In this document: one piece after another, positions 25,208 through 40,200 of the stretch
Layout of the letters: every line of letters starts with the position of its first letter
Numbering within the stretch: position 1 is the first letter of the stretch
Assembly: GCF_963921235.1 (NCBI RefSeq)
Contig: NC_086101.1
Location: 31,372,001 to 31,436,000 of the forward strand
DNA: 64,000 nt
Reading direction: 5' to 3'
Origin: Mobula hypostoma
Taxonomy: Eukaryota
Notes under the pieces: model-generated
What the model was told of the DNA's origin: nothing
What the model saw: the letters and a program-made list of their open reading frames with translations, nothing else
Databases searched by the model: none
Made by a program: the position numbers and the translations under genes

Positions 25208-28200
25208 CTGTAGCTTAGAGAATTTTGGGAATGAGAGGAAGGTGATGGATGTGGGAGAGAGTGCATTACAGTGAAGTGAGGTCATGGAATTGCCATGGGC
25301 TGGCAGTAGCTCAATGGACTGAAAGGCCCCAGTGCTGTAAATATGACACATGAGAAGCTCCACTTGATCTTAGCACTTCCTTCAAACAAGCTTTATTCAC
25401 CAATAAGTACCACATTCCTTCCCACACTACTGGGGTCACTACAAATCTTCCCTTGGGATACTCACGTGGGCCGTGACTGCTGGAATCCAGAATAGCTGAA
25501 AGAGAAAGTAGATGTGGTCAGTGACAGGGTCAGGCCTAGTATAGCACTGGGCAGTTTCATCAAGAAACTTAATCTTACGGACTCCCAACTGCTGCAGAGT
25601 GTGATAGAATGGATTCAAATCCACTCCAATGCTCAATATGGCCAATCTAATCTTGGCACAAGTCATTTCACCTCCTATTAACCTTTGGCTTCTTGTAGCT
25701 TAACCTCCCAGCAATCACCACTTGAATATTTTTCAATTACTCCACCTCCAGTTCTGGAGAAAAGAATTCCCAGCATAACCACCCTGAAATTGTACTGATT
25801 GGGCCCAAGACCACAATATATAGGAGCAGAATTAGGCAATTTGTATCATTGAATCTGCCACCATCTAATTTTCCTCAGCCCCAATCTCCTGCCTTCTCTG
25901 CATATCCCTTCATGCCCTGACCAATCAAGAATCTGTCAAACTTTGCTTTAAATATGCATAAAGACTTGGCCTGCATAGCTGCCTATGGCAAAAAATTCTA
26001 CATATTCACTCTGGCTAAAGAAATTCCTCACCTGTTCTAGAAAGACACCCCTCTATTCTGAGACTGACCTCTGGTCTTAGACTCACCCACCAGAGGAAAC
26101 ATCCTCTCCATATCCACTTTCAAGGTCTTTCACCATTCCATAGGTTTCAATGAGGCAACCCCTCATTCTTCTCAGTGAAAGTCCCAAGTCATCAGACACT
26201 CCTCATATGACAAGCTATTCACTCCTGGATCATCATAATGAACCTCCTTTGAACTCTCTCCAATTTCAGCACACCTTTTGAGACAAGGGGCCAAAGTCTG
26301 CTCACAATAATCCAAGTGAGGCCTCAGTGCTTTACAAAGTCTTAACATAACATCCTTGCATTTATATTCTAGTCCTCTTGAAATGAATGCCAACATTGTA
26401 TTTTTCTTGTCAGACTCAACCTGCAAATTAACCTTTAGGGGATCCTGCACAAGGACCCAAGTCCCTTTGCACCTCAGTTTTTTGTATCTTCTCCATTTAG
26501 AAAATAATCAACCCTATCGTTTCTTCTACCAACGTGCATGACCATGCACTGCCCCACACTATTCCAGCCGCCATTTCTTTGTCCATCTAATCAGTTCTTC
26601 TAATCTGTCCAAGTCCTTCTGTAATCCCTTCAATCCCACTCTGCATCCTGCCAATCAGCCACTGCATTATCTACGCTAGAATCTTTCCTGTAATACCATG
26701 GGCTTGTAGTTTATTAAGCAGCCTCATGTATAGCACTTTGTCAAAGGACTTCAGAAAATCCAAGTACACAACAACTAATTCTCCCTTGTCTATCCTGCTT
26801 GTTATTTCTTCAAAAGAATTTCAGACTTGTCCGGGAAGATTTTCCATTCAGAAAACCATGCTGACTATGGACCATGTACCCTTGCCTCTGAGCATGCTGA
26901 AACCTCATTCTTCATCAACTCCAACATCTTCCCAACCACTGGGGTCAGACTAGTTTCCTTTCTCCTGCCTCTCCCTTCTCGGAGGAAAGTGACATTTGCA
27001 ATTTCCAGTTTCCCAGAACCACTCCAGAATCAAGTGATTCTTCAAAGATCATTACAAATGCCTCCACAAACTCTTCAGCCACCTCTTTCAGAACCTCTGG
27101 GGTGCATACCATCTGGTCTAGCTGACTTGCTCACCTACAGTCCTTAGTTTCCCCAAGAGCATTCTCTAGTTATGCTAACTTCACATACTTCAATACCCCT
27201 GACACCTGGAAATTCCATCATACTGCTAGCGACTTCCACAGTGAAGACGATGCAAAATACTTATTCAGTTTGTCCACTATTTTGCTGTTCCATTACTACC
27301 TCAAGCATCATTTCCCAGCAGTTCAATATCCAGCCTCACTTTTTACACTATGTAAATGAAGAAACTTGGTATCCTCCATTATTGGCTTGCTTACTTTCAT
27401 TTTCCATCTTTGCCTTCAGTGACCTTTGAAGTTGCCTTCTGTTGGTTAATAAAGGCTTCACAATCCTGACTTTCCACCAATTTTTGCTCTCATATACCCT
27501 CTGGCTTATGTTGACTAACTTCTATTGCTAACCACAGTTGTGCCATCTTTCCTTTAGAATACATCCTCTTTGGGGTGTACACCCTGTGCCTTCTGAATTG
27601 CTTCCAGAAATTCCAGTCATTACTGCTCTACCATCATCCCTGTCAGTGTTCTTTTCCAACCAATTCTGGCCAACTCCTCATGCATCTGCAATTCCCTTTA
27701 CTCCACTGTAATACTGATACATCTGACTTTAGCTTCTCAAATTTCAGAGTGAATTCAATTATATTATGAACACTTGACCAAAGGTTCTTTTACCTTAAGC
27801 TCCCTAATGATTTCTGGTTCATTGCACAACACAATCAAGAATAGCTGATGCTCTAGGGGGCTCAACCACGAGCTGCTCTAAAAAGCCATCTTGTAGGCAC
27901 TCCAGAAATTCCCCTCCTGTAATCCAGCACCAACCTGACTCCCCCCCCCCCCCAAATCTACCTGCATATTGAAGTCCCCCATGACTATTATAACATCGTC
28001 CTTTTGGCATGCATTTTCTATCTCTCATTGTAACTTGTAGGCTACATCCTTACTACTGGTTTGGGGTCTATATACAACTCCCATCAGGGCCTTTTTACAC
28101 TTGGTTCTTTAGCTCTATTCACAATGATTCAACACCTTCCTCCTCTATCCAGCCTCTGACCCACCCTCAGTTCATTCCCCTCACCCCGACCTCAATTTAA

Positions 28201-31200
28201 TTCAGTACACAGTAAACTGCAGAACCCTTGATAATCTTCCAGCCATGATTCAGTGATACCCAAATCATACCTGCCAATTTGCAAGTGTGCTGCAAGTTCA
28301 TCTACCCATAACATACACTGCACATATTCAGATACAACACATTGTCTTTTATTCACCATGTGATTTTGTCTGCCTTTTACATTGAAACTCATCTTGTTGA
28401 CTGCAATTTTACCCTTTCAGCCTCTCCTCAGTACACATTGTCTGTTTGTAAACCAGCTACCTCATCTTCAGCATTATCTGCTTTTCCTACAATATTTCTT
28501 GTATTGAAATAGGCAGCTCAGGACAGTAGTCACACCATGCTCAACCTTTTGATTACTGACTTAGAGCTCTTACCAACATCAGCCTTCACAGCCTCTCCAC
28601 CAACTGTTCTGGCACTCTGCTTCCCATCCCCTGCAACTCTAAACCCCAACATGCAGCACTAACACACCCTCTGACTAGGACGAGTCCCCAGCCAGTTCAA
28701 GTGCAAGCCTTCCCTTCTGTATAGGTCCCACCTTCCCCAAAATAGAGCCCAATGATCCAAAAATCATATGTCCTCTCTTCTACACCAACTCCTTACCATG
28801 TATTAAACTGTAATAGAAATATAGAAACAGAAAACCTACAGCACCTTACAGGGCCTTCAGCCCACAAAGCTGTGCTGAACATGTCCTTACCTTAACTACC
28901 TAGGGTTACCCATAGCCCTCTATTTTTCTAAGTTCCATATACCCATCCAGGAGTCTCTTAATAGACCCATCGTTTCTGCCTCCACCACTGTCACCAACAG
29001 CCCATTCCATGCACTCGCCACTCTGCATAAAAAAAAATTTACCCTGACATCTCCTCTGCCTTCTTCCAACCACATTAAAATTATGCCTTCTCGTGCTAGC
29101 CATTTCAGCCCTCAGAAAAAGCCTCTAACTATCCACATGATCAATGCCTCTCATTACAGTATCTTGTACGCCTCTCAGGTCACCTCTCATCCTCCGTTGC
29201 TCCAAGGAGAAAAGGCCAAGTTCACTCAACCCATTCTCATAAGGCATGCTTCCCAATCCAGACAACATCCTTGTAAATCTCCTCTGCACCCTTTCTACAG
29301 TTTCCACATTCTTCCTGTAGTGAGGTAACCAGAATTGAGCACAGAACTCCAAGTGGGGCCTGACCAGGGTCCTATATAGCTGCAACATTAGCAGCTTTGA
29401 GTGTCCTATGGACTGACCCTCCACACTGCCAAAATTCTTACCATTAATACCATATTCTGCCATCATATTTGACCTACCAAAATGAACCACCTCGTACTTA
29501 TCTGGGTTGAACTCCATCTGCCACTTCTCAGCCCAGTTTTGCATCCTATCAATGTCCTGCTGTAATCTGACAGCCCTCCGCATTATCAACAACACCCCCA
29601 ACCTTTGTCATCAGCAATTTTACTAACCCATCCCTCCACTTCCTCATCCAGGTCATTTATATTTTTTCAATATTTTTATTGTATTCTTGTATATAGAAAT
29701 CAAATCAGAGTTCAAGAGAATACATTATAAAACAAAAATACCAAATATAGTATATTAAATCACATTAATGAACTCCTTACTCGATATTCATATGGATAGT
29801 TTAGTTCATATTGGAATATAAACAATTTTAAGAAAAAGATCTACACCCACTACCAAAGCTGTTTGGGACAAAAAAATTTCAGATAATAAATGTACTACTA
29901 ACCACCTTCTGTACTTTAACAAGAAATCAAAGATTATGAAAATAATTTAAAAATGGGCCCACAGATTTTGAAAATCTTGGTTAGATTTAGAAATTGAACA
30001 ATGAATCTTTTCTAAATTTAGGCATGCCATAACATCCCATAACCACCAAGCATGATTAGGCGAAACAGCATCCTTCCATTTAAACAGAAGTGCCCTTCTA
30101 GGCACAAGAGAGATAAAAGCCAGAATGTGCAAATCAGAAGTCCTCAAAATGATATCTTTGCCTCCAACAATACCAAGTAGGGCAGTCAAAGGATTAGGCT
30201 TAAAATTTACTTTAATGAGTACAGAAAAAGTTTAAATTTTGCTTCCAATATTTTCCAAGACTTGGAAAAGTCTAAAACATATGAATAAGTGAAGCTTCTC
30301 CATTGTTACACCTATCACAGTAGGGAGATATATCTCTATAAAAACAAGATAATTTATCCTTGGTCATATAAGCCCTATGAACCACTTTAATTTGTAGGAG
30401 GGAATGACGAGCACATAGCAATGAAGTATTAACCAATTTAAAAATCTCATTCCAAGTTTCTTCAGAAATTGAGGTCTGTAAATCTTGTTCCCAAAGATTC
30501 TTAATCTTGTCAAAAGAATCATTTCTCAATCCCATCATAAATATTGGATATTGAACCATTATAGAATGGTTTCATATTAAGAATTTCATCTAATATGTTC
30601 TTATCAGATCTATTAGGAAATGTATATAATTGAGATCGCAGAAAATCTGATTTGTAAGTACTAAAAAAATGGGTTTTTGGTAAACTATATTTAATTGACA
30701 ATTGTTCAAACAAAGACAGACGTCCTCCCACAAACAGATCCTGAAAACATGTAATGCCCAATCCTTCCCAATGTTTAAAGACTACAGTCATAGAAGGCTT
30801 AAAAAAAAATTTAAGGACTAGAAAGGGAGAATCTCAATAAACCAGTGTTTTCTAAATTGTATCCAAATCCTCAAAGTATGTTTGACTACCACATTTTCAG
30901 TTATCTTGCTCAAGGATAAAGGAAGTGAAGGTCCCAATCAGGAGATAATAGAAAATTTATTAACCGAGTTAGCTTCTAAAGAAACCCACCTGGGACAGTC
31001 CTCATGATTAATATAGTATAACCAAAACGTGAGATTCTGTATATTAGCTGCCCAGTAATAGAAACAGAAAATAGGTTCAGGAATAGGCCATTCGGCCCTT
31101 CGAGCCTGCACTGCCATTCAGTATGATCATGGCTGATCATCCAACTCAGAACCCTGTACCAGCCTTCCCTCCATACCCCCTGATCCCTTTAGTCACAAGG

Positions 31201-34200
31201 GCCATATCTAACTCCCTCTTAAATATAGCCAATGAACTGGGCTCAACTGTTTCCTGTGGCAGAGAATTCCACAGATTCACCACTCTGTGTGAAGTTTTTC
31301 CTAATCTCCATCCTAAAAGGCTTCCCCTTTATCCTCAAACTGTGACCCCTCGTTCTGGACTTCCCCAACATCAGGAACAATCTTCCTGCATCTAGCCTGT
31401 CCAATCCCTTTAGGATTTTATACGTTTCAATCAGATCCCCCCTCAATCTTCTAAATTCCAATGAGTATACGCCTAGTTCATCCAGTCTTTCAACATATTA
31501 AAGTCCTGCCATCCCAGGAATCAATCTGGTGAACCTTCTTTGTACTCCCTCTATGGCAAGAATGTCTTTCCTCAGATTAGGGGACCAAAACTGCACACAA
31601 TACTCCAGGTGTGGTCTCACCAAGGCCTTGTACAACTGCAGTAGTACCTCCCTGCTCCTGTACTTGAATCCTCTTGCTATAAATGCCAGCATACCATTCA
31701 CCTTTTTCACCACCTGCTGTACCTGCATGCCCACTTTCAATGACTGGTGTATAATGACACCCAGGTCTCGTTGCATCTCCCCTTTTCCTAATCGGCCACC
31801 ATTCAGATAATAATCTGTTTTCCTATTTTTGCCACCAAAGTGGATAACTTCACATTTATCCACATTAAATTGCATCTGCCATGAATTTGCCCACTCACCT
31901 AACCTATCCAAGTCACCCTGCATCCTCTTAGCATCCTCCTCACAGCTAATACTGCTGCCCAACTTCGTGTCATCTGCAAACTTGGAGATGCTGCATTTAA
32001 TTCCCTCATCCAAGTTATTAATATATATTCTAAACAACTGGGGTCCCAGCACTGAGCCCTTGCAGTACCCCACTAGTCACTGCCTGCCATTCTGAAAAGG
32101 TCCCGTTTATTCCCACTCTTTGCTTCCTGTCTGCCAACCAATTCTCTATCCACATCAATACCTTACCCCCAATACAGTGTGCTTTAAGTTTGCACACTAA
32201 TCTCCTGTGTGGGACCTTCGCAAAAGCCTTTTGAAAATCCAAATATACCATATCCACTGGTTCTCCCCTATCCACTCTACTAGTTACATCCTCAAAAAAT
32301 TCTATGAGATTCGTCAGACATGATTTTCCTTTCACAAATCCATGCTGACTTTGTCTGATGATTTCACCGCTTTCCAAATGTGCTGTTATTACATCTTTGA
32401 TAACTGATTCTAGCAGTTTCCCCACCACCAATGTTAGGCTAACCAGTCTATAATTCCCCGGTTTCTCTCCCTCCTTTTTTAAAAAGTGGGGTTACATTAG
32501 CCACCCTCCAATCCTCAGGAACTAGTCCAGAATCTAACGAGTTTTGAAAAATTATCACTAATGCATCCACTATTTCTTGGGCTACTTCCTTAAGCACTCT
32601 GGGATGCAGACCATCTGGCCCTGGGGATTTATCTGCCTTTAATCCCTTCAATTTACCTAACACCACTTCCCTACTAACGTGCATTTCCCTCAGTTCCTCC
32701 ATCTCGCTGGACCCTCTGTCCCCTACTATTTCCGGAAGATTATTTATGTCCTCCTTGTGAAGACAGAACCAAAGTAATTATTCAATTGGTCTGCCATGTC
32801 CTTGCTCCCCATAATCAATTCACGTAATAAAACGTAAAATTTGGTAAGGCTAAACCTCCATTCTTTAACTTTCTGGAGATGGACTTTATTCAGTCGAGGA
32901 CATTTATTTTTCCCCCATATGTAGGAAGATAAAATAGTCCAGAGAGTCAAAAAAGGATTTAGGAATAAAAACTGGTAATGCCTGAAAGAGGTATATGAAT
33001 TTAGGTAAAACATTCATTTTAATAGAATTAATTTGGTAATGATAACAAAAAGGGTGACCAATTTGATAGTGTTCTTTTTATACAATTAATTTAAAGAAAT
33101 TTTTTTTACTTTAAGTGTTTATAGTTCTTAGTAATTGTTACACCCAAATAAGCGAATTGGTTTCTTACAATTTTAAAAGGATGGTTACTATCAGTTAATG
33201 GCAAATTATTCAAAAGGAAAAAGTTCACACTTGTGTAGGTTCAGTTTATATCCAGGAAATTGACTGAAGCAAGATAGTAAAGAAAGCACAGAAGGTAATG
33301 AAGTTTTGACATTATGCAGATTTATTGCTTTACATTTCTAAAGTGAAACTTTGCAGATAGTACCCTTCCGTAAAATACCAGTGATATCATTAGATTCTCA
33401 AAGCAATAGCTAAAGGTTCTAAAGCCAAGTCAAAGAGCAAAGGACTCACAGGGCAACCTTGTCTGGTTCCACGTTGAAGTTTAAATGGTTTAGAATTCTA
33501 AGAGTTAGTAAGAACCCAAGCAAAAGGAGATAAATACAGTAATTTAATCCATTGAATAAAGTTGGACCCAAAATTAAATTTTTCTAAAATTTTAAATAAT
33601 GCCATTCAAACCGATCAAAAGCCTCCTCAGCATCTAAGGATATCACACATTCTGATATCTCTTTACAAGATTTAATAATTGGTGAATATTAAAATGAGAA
33701 TATCGATTTTTAATAAAGCCAGTCCGATCATCAGAAATGACAGATGGTAAGATTTTCCATTCAACGGGCCAGAACTTTAGCTAAAATTTTAGCATTAACA
33801 TTAAGTAAAGAAATTGGTCTATATGAAGAACATTCAGTTGGATTCTTATTCTTCTGAAAGTGAAATAGAAGCTTCGTAAAAGGATTGCAGTAACCTACCT
33901 AACTTAAAAGAATCTGAAAGAACTGATCATAAATGGGGTATAAGCAAGGAAGAAAAAGCCTTATAAAATTCTCCAGAAAATCCGTCAGGACCTGGAGCTT
34001 TCCGAGTACAATGAACGTACAGCTTCGGCTATTTCTTCATCAGAAATACACTGATCCAACTGTTTTCTGTCATCAGAAAGCATAGGGATATTTATTTGGT
34101 TTAAAAAGTTATCCATTATAATATTATGTTTAAGATCAGAGCTATAAAGTTTAGAATAATCTCGAAAAGTATCATTTATTTCTAAATGATCAGTTGTCCT

Positions 34201-37200
34201 AGTACCGTTAAGTTTATAAATTTCTTTAATCTGCTGTTTAGCACTAATAGTTTTAATCTGGTTAGCCAATAATTTACTTTTATCCCCATGGATATAAAAA
34301 TTTATATTAAAAAAATCAAAGAGTAGGGGCCTCAGAACAGATCCCTGAGGCACAACACTAGTCAATGACCTCCATGCAGAATATGACCCATCTACAACCA
34401 CTCTTTGCCTTCTGTGGGCAAGCCAGTTCTGGATCCACAAAGCAAAGTCCCCTTAGATCCCATGCCTCCTTACTGTCTCAATAAGCCTTGCATGGGGTAT
34501 CTTATCAAATGCCTTGCTAAAATTCATATACACTACATCTACAGCTCTACCTTCAATGTGTTTAGTCACATCCTCAGAAAATTCAATGCAAACTTGACAA
34601 AACCTTGGTTATTCCTAATCATTATGCCTCTCCAAATGTTCATAAATCCTGCCTCTCAGGATCTTCTCCATCAGCTGACCAACCACTGAAGTAAGACTCA
34701 TCGATTTATAATTTCCTGGGCTATCTCTACTCCCTTTCTTCAATAAGGGAACAACATCCACAACCCTCCAATCCTCTGGAACCTCTCCCATCCCCATTAA
34801 TGATGTAAAGATCATTGCTAGAGGCTCAGCAATCTCCTCCCTTGCCTCCCACAGTAGCCTGGGGTACATCTCATCTGGTCCCAGTTACTTATCAAACCTG
34901 ATGCTTTCCTAAAGCTCCAGCACATCCTTTTCCTTAATATCTATATGCTCAAGCTTTTCAGTCTGCTGCAAGTCATCCATTCAATTGCCAAGATCCTTTT
35001 CTGTAGTGAGTACTGAAGCAAAGTATTCATTAAGTACCTCTGCTATCTCCTGTTCCATACACACTTTTCCACTGTCACACTTGATTGGTCCTATTCTCTC
35101 ACATCTTATCCTCTTGCTCTCCACATACTTGTAGAATGCCTTGGAGTTTTCCTTTATCGTGTTGGCCAAGGCCTTCTCATGGCCCCTTCTGGCTCTCCTA
35201 ATTTCATTCTTAAGCACCTTCCTGCTAGCCTTATAATCTTCTAGATCTCTATCATTACCTAGTTTTTTTGAACCTTTCATAAGCTCTTCTTGACTAGAAG
35301 TACAACAGCATTTGTACACCATGGTTCCTGTACCCTACCAATCTTTCCATCTCATTGGACTGTACCTATACAGAACCCTGAACACTTGCCACATTTCTTC
35401 CATGCATTTCCCTGAGAACATCTGTTTCCAATTTATGTTTCCAAGTTCCTGACTGATAGCCTCATATTTCCCCTTACTCCAATTAAACATTTCCCCAACT
35501 TGTCTGTTCCTATCCCTCTCCAGTGCCATGGTAAAGGAGATGGAATTGTGATCACCATCTCCAAAATGCTGTCCCACTGAGAGACCTGACACCCGACCAG
35601 GCTCATTTCCCAATACCAGATCAAGTACAGCCTCTCCTCTTGTATGCTTATCCACACATTGTGTCAACACACCCAACAAACTCCACCCCATCTAAACCCC
35701 TCATACTATGGAGGGTCTTCCTAGTTCTGACCTCACTAAGCAGGTGGCATGGGTAGCAATCCTGAAATCACAACCCTGGAGGTCCTGCCCTTTAACTTAG
35801 CACCTAACTCCCTATGCAGAACCTCAGTCATCCTCCCATTGTCATTGGTACCTACATGACCACGACTTCTCACTTAATGTTGAGGACTCAATCCATGATG
35901 TCCTAGACCCTGGCACCTGGGAGGCAACATACTATCTGGGAATCTCATTCTCACCCACACAGAACCTGTCTGGTCCCCTAACTAATGAATCCTCCATCAC
36001 CACAGCATTCTTCTCACCCTTTCCTTTGAGAAAAGGCCAGACTCAGTACCAGAGACCCAACAACTGACTTTCCTGTTAGTTCATCCCCTCCAACAGTATC
36101 AAGTGATATACCTGTTGAGGTAGATGGTCACGGAGCACTCTGCACTGGTTCCTTAACCCCTTTCCCCTTCTTGACTGGGACCCAGTTTCCTGCGTTTTGC
36201 ACCTTGGGTGTAACTACTTCTATGTCCCATCACCTTCAGCCTCCTGAATGATCCGGAGTTCGTCCAGTTCTGGGTCCAACTCCTTAACGTGGGATGTTAG
36301 GAGCTGCAGCTGGATGCACTTCTTGCAGTTGCAAGAGACACTGGAGGTCTCCCTGACTTCCCATATCCCACAAGAGGAGCATCTCACTATCCTGCCTGTC
36401 ATCCTTACTGTCCGAGCTGAGCAGTTATAAAGGGGGAAAACTTTAGCTTTTCTGTTTTCTGACTGAAGCCTCTCTTCATGAAAGCTTCGAAGAGCTGAAG
36501 CCTTGAGATCACCACTGACTATGTATTCTCAGACATACATGCTGTGCTTGCCCCCACCTTCCTTCAATTTACTCTCACTAACCAATCCCAAAAGACAATT
36601 GGTTGCTGGTCACAGGTCTTATGCTGCTGCGACCTGCTCCTGCCTTTTACCCTCTCCAAACTTGATATCTGGACCTACATCCATGCAGTATTGCTCTGAA
36701 AGAAATTCTTCTCCTGAAAGAGTAGATCCTGTTCATAAACTGTGCATTCCCTCAATTTTGTCCCAATATCACTTGATAGTAATGATATTCAGCTCTTCCT
36801 TTTCACACTTAACCCCTTCATCCCAGGGAAGAACTGAACATTCCCTACTTACTCCAATGTCAGCACATCCTGTCCAATGCTCCACTTTTATACTGCTCAA
36901 CTCTTGCAATAGGTACTGCACTAGATTTTGGAGATTAACACTTAGCTACTGAGAAAATTCAAGCAGGAATAGCCACTGCACCCTTGGCATTCAAAACCCA
37001 AGTTGAGTACGGTCACTCAAACACTCACCACTTATCTCTAGTCCATTTCTCAGTTTAGTGCTTCTGAAGCATTAAACATGCAACAGCTGGTAATATTTGA
37101 CCAGAAATTCTAGCTAAGAAAGGAATTTCCATTTCCTTTCTGGCCCATTGGAAGCACAATGTAGAGAATCTCAGCATCAACTGACCACGCCCCATGGTTG

Positions 37201-40200
37201 ATCTCTGCCTCACTACTGGAGCAAAGACCAGTTGTATTTACAGGGGGTGGAATACTCAGTCCTCAGCCAAGACATAATTGAATGGCTGCTGATTTGGGAA
37301 AAAGTCCTAGCCCATCCTGGACTTGCACCAGTCTGGGATGGAAACAGGAAGCTGGAGCCAATATCCAGATATTGATGGAGCAGAGACAGAGGGTCCAGAT
37401 TCACAACCCCCACTCTAAGCTTCACCCTGCCCCAGAGGATTGGGGGTGTGGGGAGGAAGAAAAAAAAATTCAGGGACAGACCCTCCAGCCCATCACATCC
37501 GTGCTGATCCTGGGAAAAGGCAGATAATTCACTAAAATAGTTCTACTATGTTTTGACAATTTATGACTTTGTAGAGTGGATGAATAAAAGGAATGCATGT
37601 TAGCCAGACCCTAAAGCAGAAGGTGTAGTGCCCACCTCAGACATAAGCTCACCTTTAGCATTCTTCAGCTTCATGATGACTGCTGCCAGCAGGATGAGCA
37701 GCCCAAGCACAAATCCCAATGCTCCCACGATGATCTTTGTTCTCTCTGATTCTGGCGTGATCTGCACTTCTGTCCAAGGGAAACAATTTGTTAGAGCAGG
37801 ATGGGGAGATGTCTGGGACCAAGACACCGCAACCAGCAAGATCTGACACTGGAGTAGTCCCCATCTGTAACAGGGAAATAACTCACAGCCACTGTCCACA
37901 TATACTACAGCTGGAGATATTTAATCAGAAAGTGGAGAAATTAACCCCTCCCCCACACACATCTTTTCTGGGGCCACCAGAAGCGCAATGCAGAAATCCT
38001 GTGGGATGTGGGAGTTTGCTGGTTCAGGGCAAACATTTGGTTGCTCCCAGGGTACTGTGTTCTGCTGGACACTGACTTGAGTGAAGGTTCTGCCCGAGGA
38101 GTGAAATCTATCAGGATCTTAGGGGTAGTGCAGTATAGGGTCTGTGCCTGGATAAGTGTTACACCAGGCCCTGTAGCCTGGGGAAGGGCTACATTTTACA
38201 CAACTTTCTGCACACAGAACATTGTACTTAGTTTAACTGTGCAGCACATTAACTGTCACATTAATCAGCATCTAACAACAATGAAAAGTCAGCAACTTAT
38301 TTCCTGGTGCTAGTGTACGGCCCCAAATGAGAAACATTGATGCTATTTGCTGAATGTTTCCAAATTATTTTTATATAATATAAAAGCGTCAGAGCAATAT
38401 AGCACAGATAGAGGCCCTTCAGCCCAGCATCCATTCCAACTATAGTGTCCACCCATTTTGTACCCATTTCCTGCATTCAGCCCCCATCCCAAGAACTGCT
38501 CTTCCATAGGCTTCTCAAGATATACCATTCTACCTGCCTCAGCCATTCCCTCTGGCAGCTTGTTACATATATTCACCACCCACTGCCCCAGGAAAAGCTG
38601 TGCCTTTAAGCATTGCCCTCACCCCAAATCTATACCCCTAGTTTCAGAACAACTTGGGGTAAAGATTGTTACCATCCATGTTACCCATATAAACTTCTAC
38701 AAGATCACTCATTCTCCTATGCTCAAAAGAGCCGAGATCACTCAGGCAATCCAGTACTGGCAATACTCACTTTTCTGCACCCTTGCTATTTAACCAAGGC
38801 TCTATAACTGGGCATGAAAACCACACAGTACTCCAGGTGCAGCCCCATCGATAACATACAATAGCAATTTAACATCCCAACTCATTAACACCTTGACTAT
38901 TGAAGGCCAGTGCCAATGCTTTATCACCTGGTCCACCCGTGATGCAGCATATAATGAAATGCATTTGAATAGAGCGATCTTGGCCTGCCATTAACCTCTC
39001 GTGCCCTACCACTCATAGAAGCCCTACACTGGCTTGATTTTCCCAAATGCAAAGATTAGCCTTGTCACATGTACATCAAAACACACAGCAACATGTTATG
39101 TCAAATCAAATCAGTGATGATTGTGCTAGGGCAGCTGCAAGTATCACCACACATCTGATGCCAACATAGCAAGGCTACAACTCACCATCCCAAACACTTA
39201 AAATGTAGGAAGAAACTAGAGCACCTGGAAGAAACCTATGTAGTCATGGGGAGTGTACAAACACCTTACAGACAATTGAATCCCATCTTACAGCTAGCAC
39301 TGTAACAGCTTTACCCTGACCCCTATGTTGTCCTCATTTCTGTATCAAATCTATTTACTGCTCTTCAGCAGACTTCCCTAACTAATAATCCTCCTGTAAT
39401 CTTATGGTAACCTTCACTGTCAACACCCAATTTCATACCATCCGCAAATTTACTGCTCAAACTTTGATTTGGATGAAATTTACAAGCTTCCAACACCCAC
39501 ACACTGGTTATCATGACAACTAATCAGTTTCAATTCTACAAAATTTACAACTACCCCCTCTACTTCTTACCGCCAAGTAAATTTTGAACCCACATAACTA
39601 GCCCTGGATTTAATGAGACCCAACCTTTCAGAAAAGCCCTGCATGCAGGACCTCGAAGGTCTTAAAGCCAACATGAACAAATCCATTATACTACCTTCCA
39701 ATTTTTGTTTACCTCTTCAAAAACAAATATATCAGCCATGACCTTCCATGAAAAAGCCATGCATACTCCAATCAGACTACCTACTCAAATGCTGGCAAGT
39801 CCCATCACTCAATTCCCTCCAATAACTTCCTCACTGAAGTCAGAGTGACCGGGCTGTAGTTCCCTAGCTTTGTCCTGCCAGCTTTCGTAAAGAAAACTTA
39901 AGCCATCTTCTAGCATTCAGGAATTTTGGTGGCTAAAAATATCACAAGGGCTTCTACAATTTAATCTCTAGCTTATCAAAGTCCAAAGATAGACTTCAGG
40001 TGCTAGGACTTATTCACCATGATGCACTGCAAGGCTTCAAATACCTCCTGGTAATGTGAATGTTGTCCAAAGCAGCTCCACTTCTCATTATCATGGAGTG
40101 GCTATGTTCTGTCAGTAATTTGTTGAAAATCATTTTCTGTAGCTCAAAACATATGCCAGCTGGCTGATCTCTAAAGGGACTTAATCACTCCCTAGCCACC

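Larger units (their letters stand above)
28810..36500 (-). mobile_element. CR1 LINE split into about 28810-29654 and 34309-36500 by an L1 insertion
   Basis: CR1 RT sequence ...GGTCATTTATA | AAAAAATCAAAGAGTAGGGG... continues across the L1. Confidence 0.8.
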
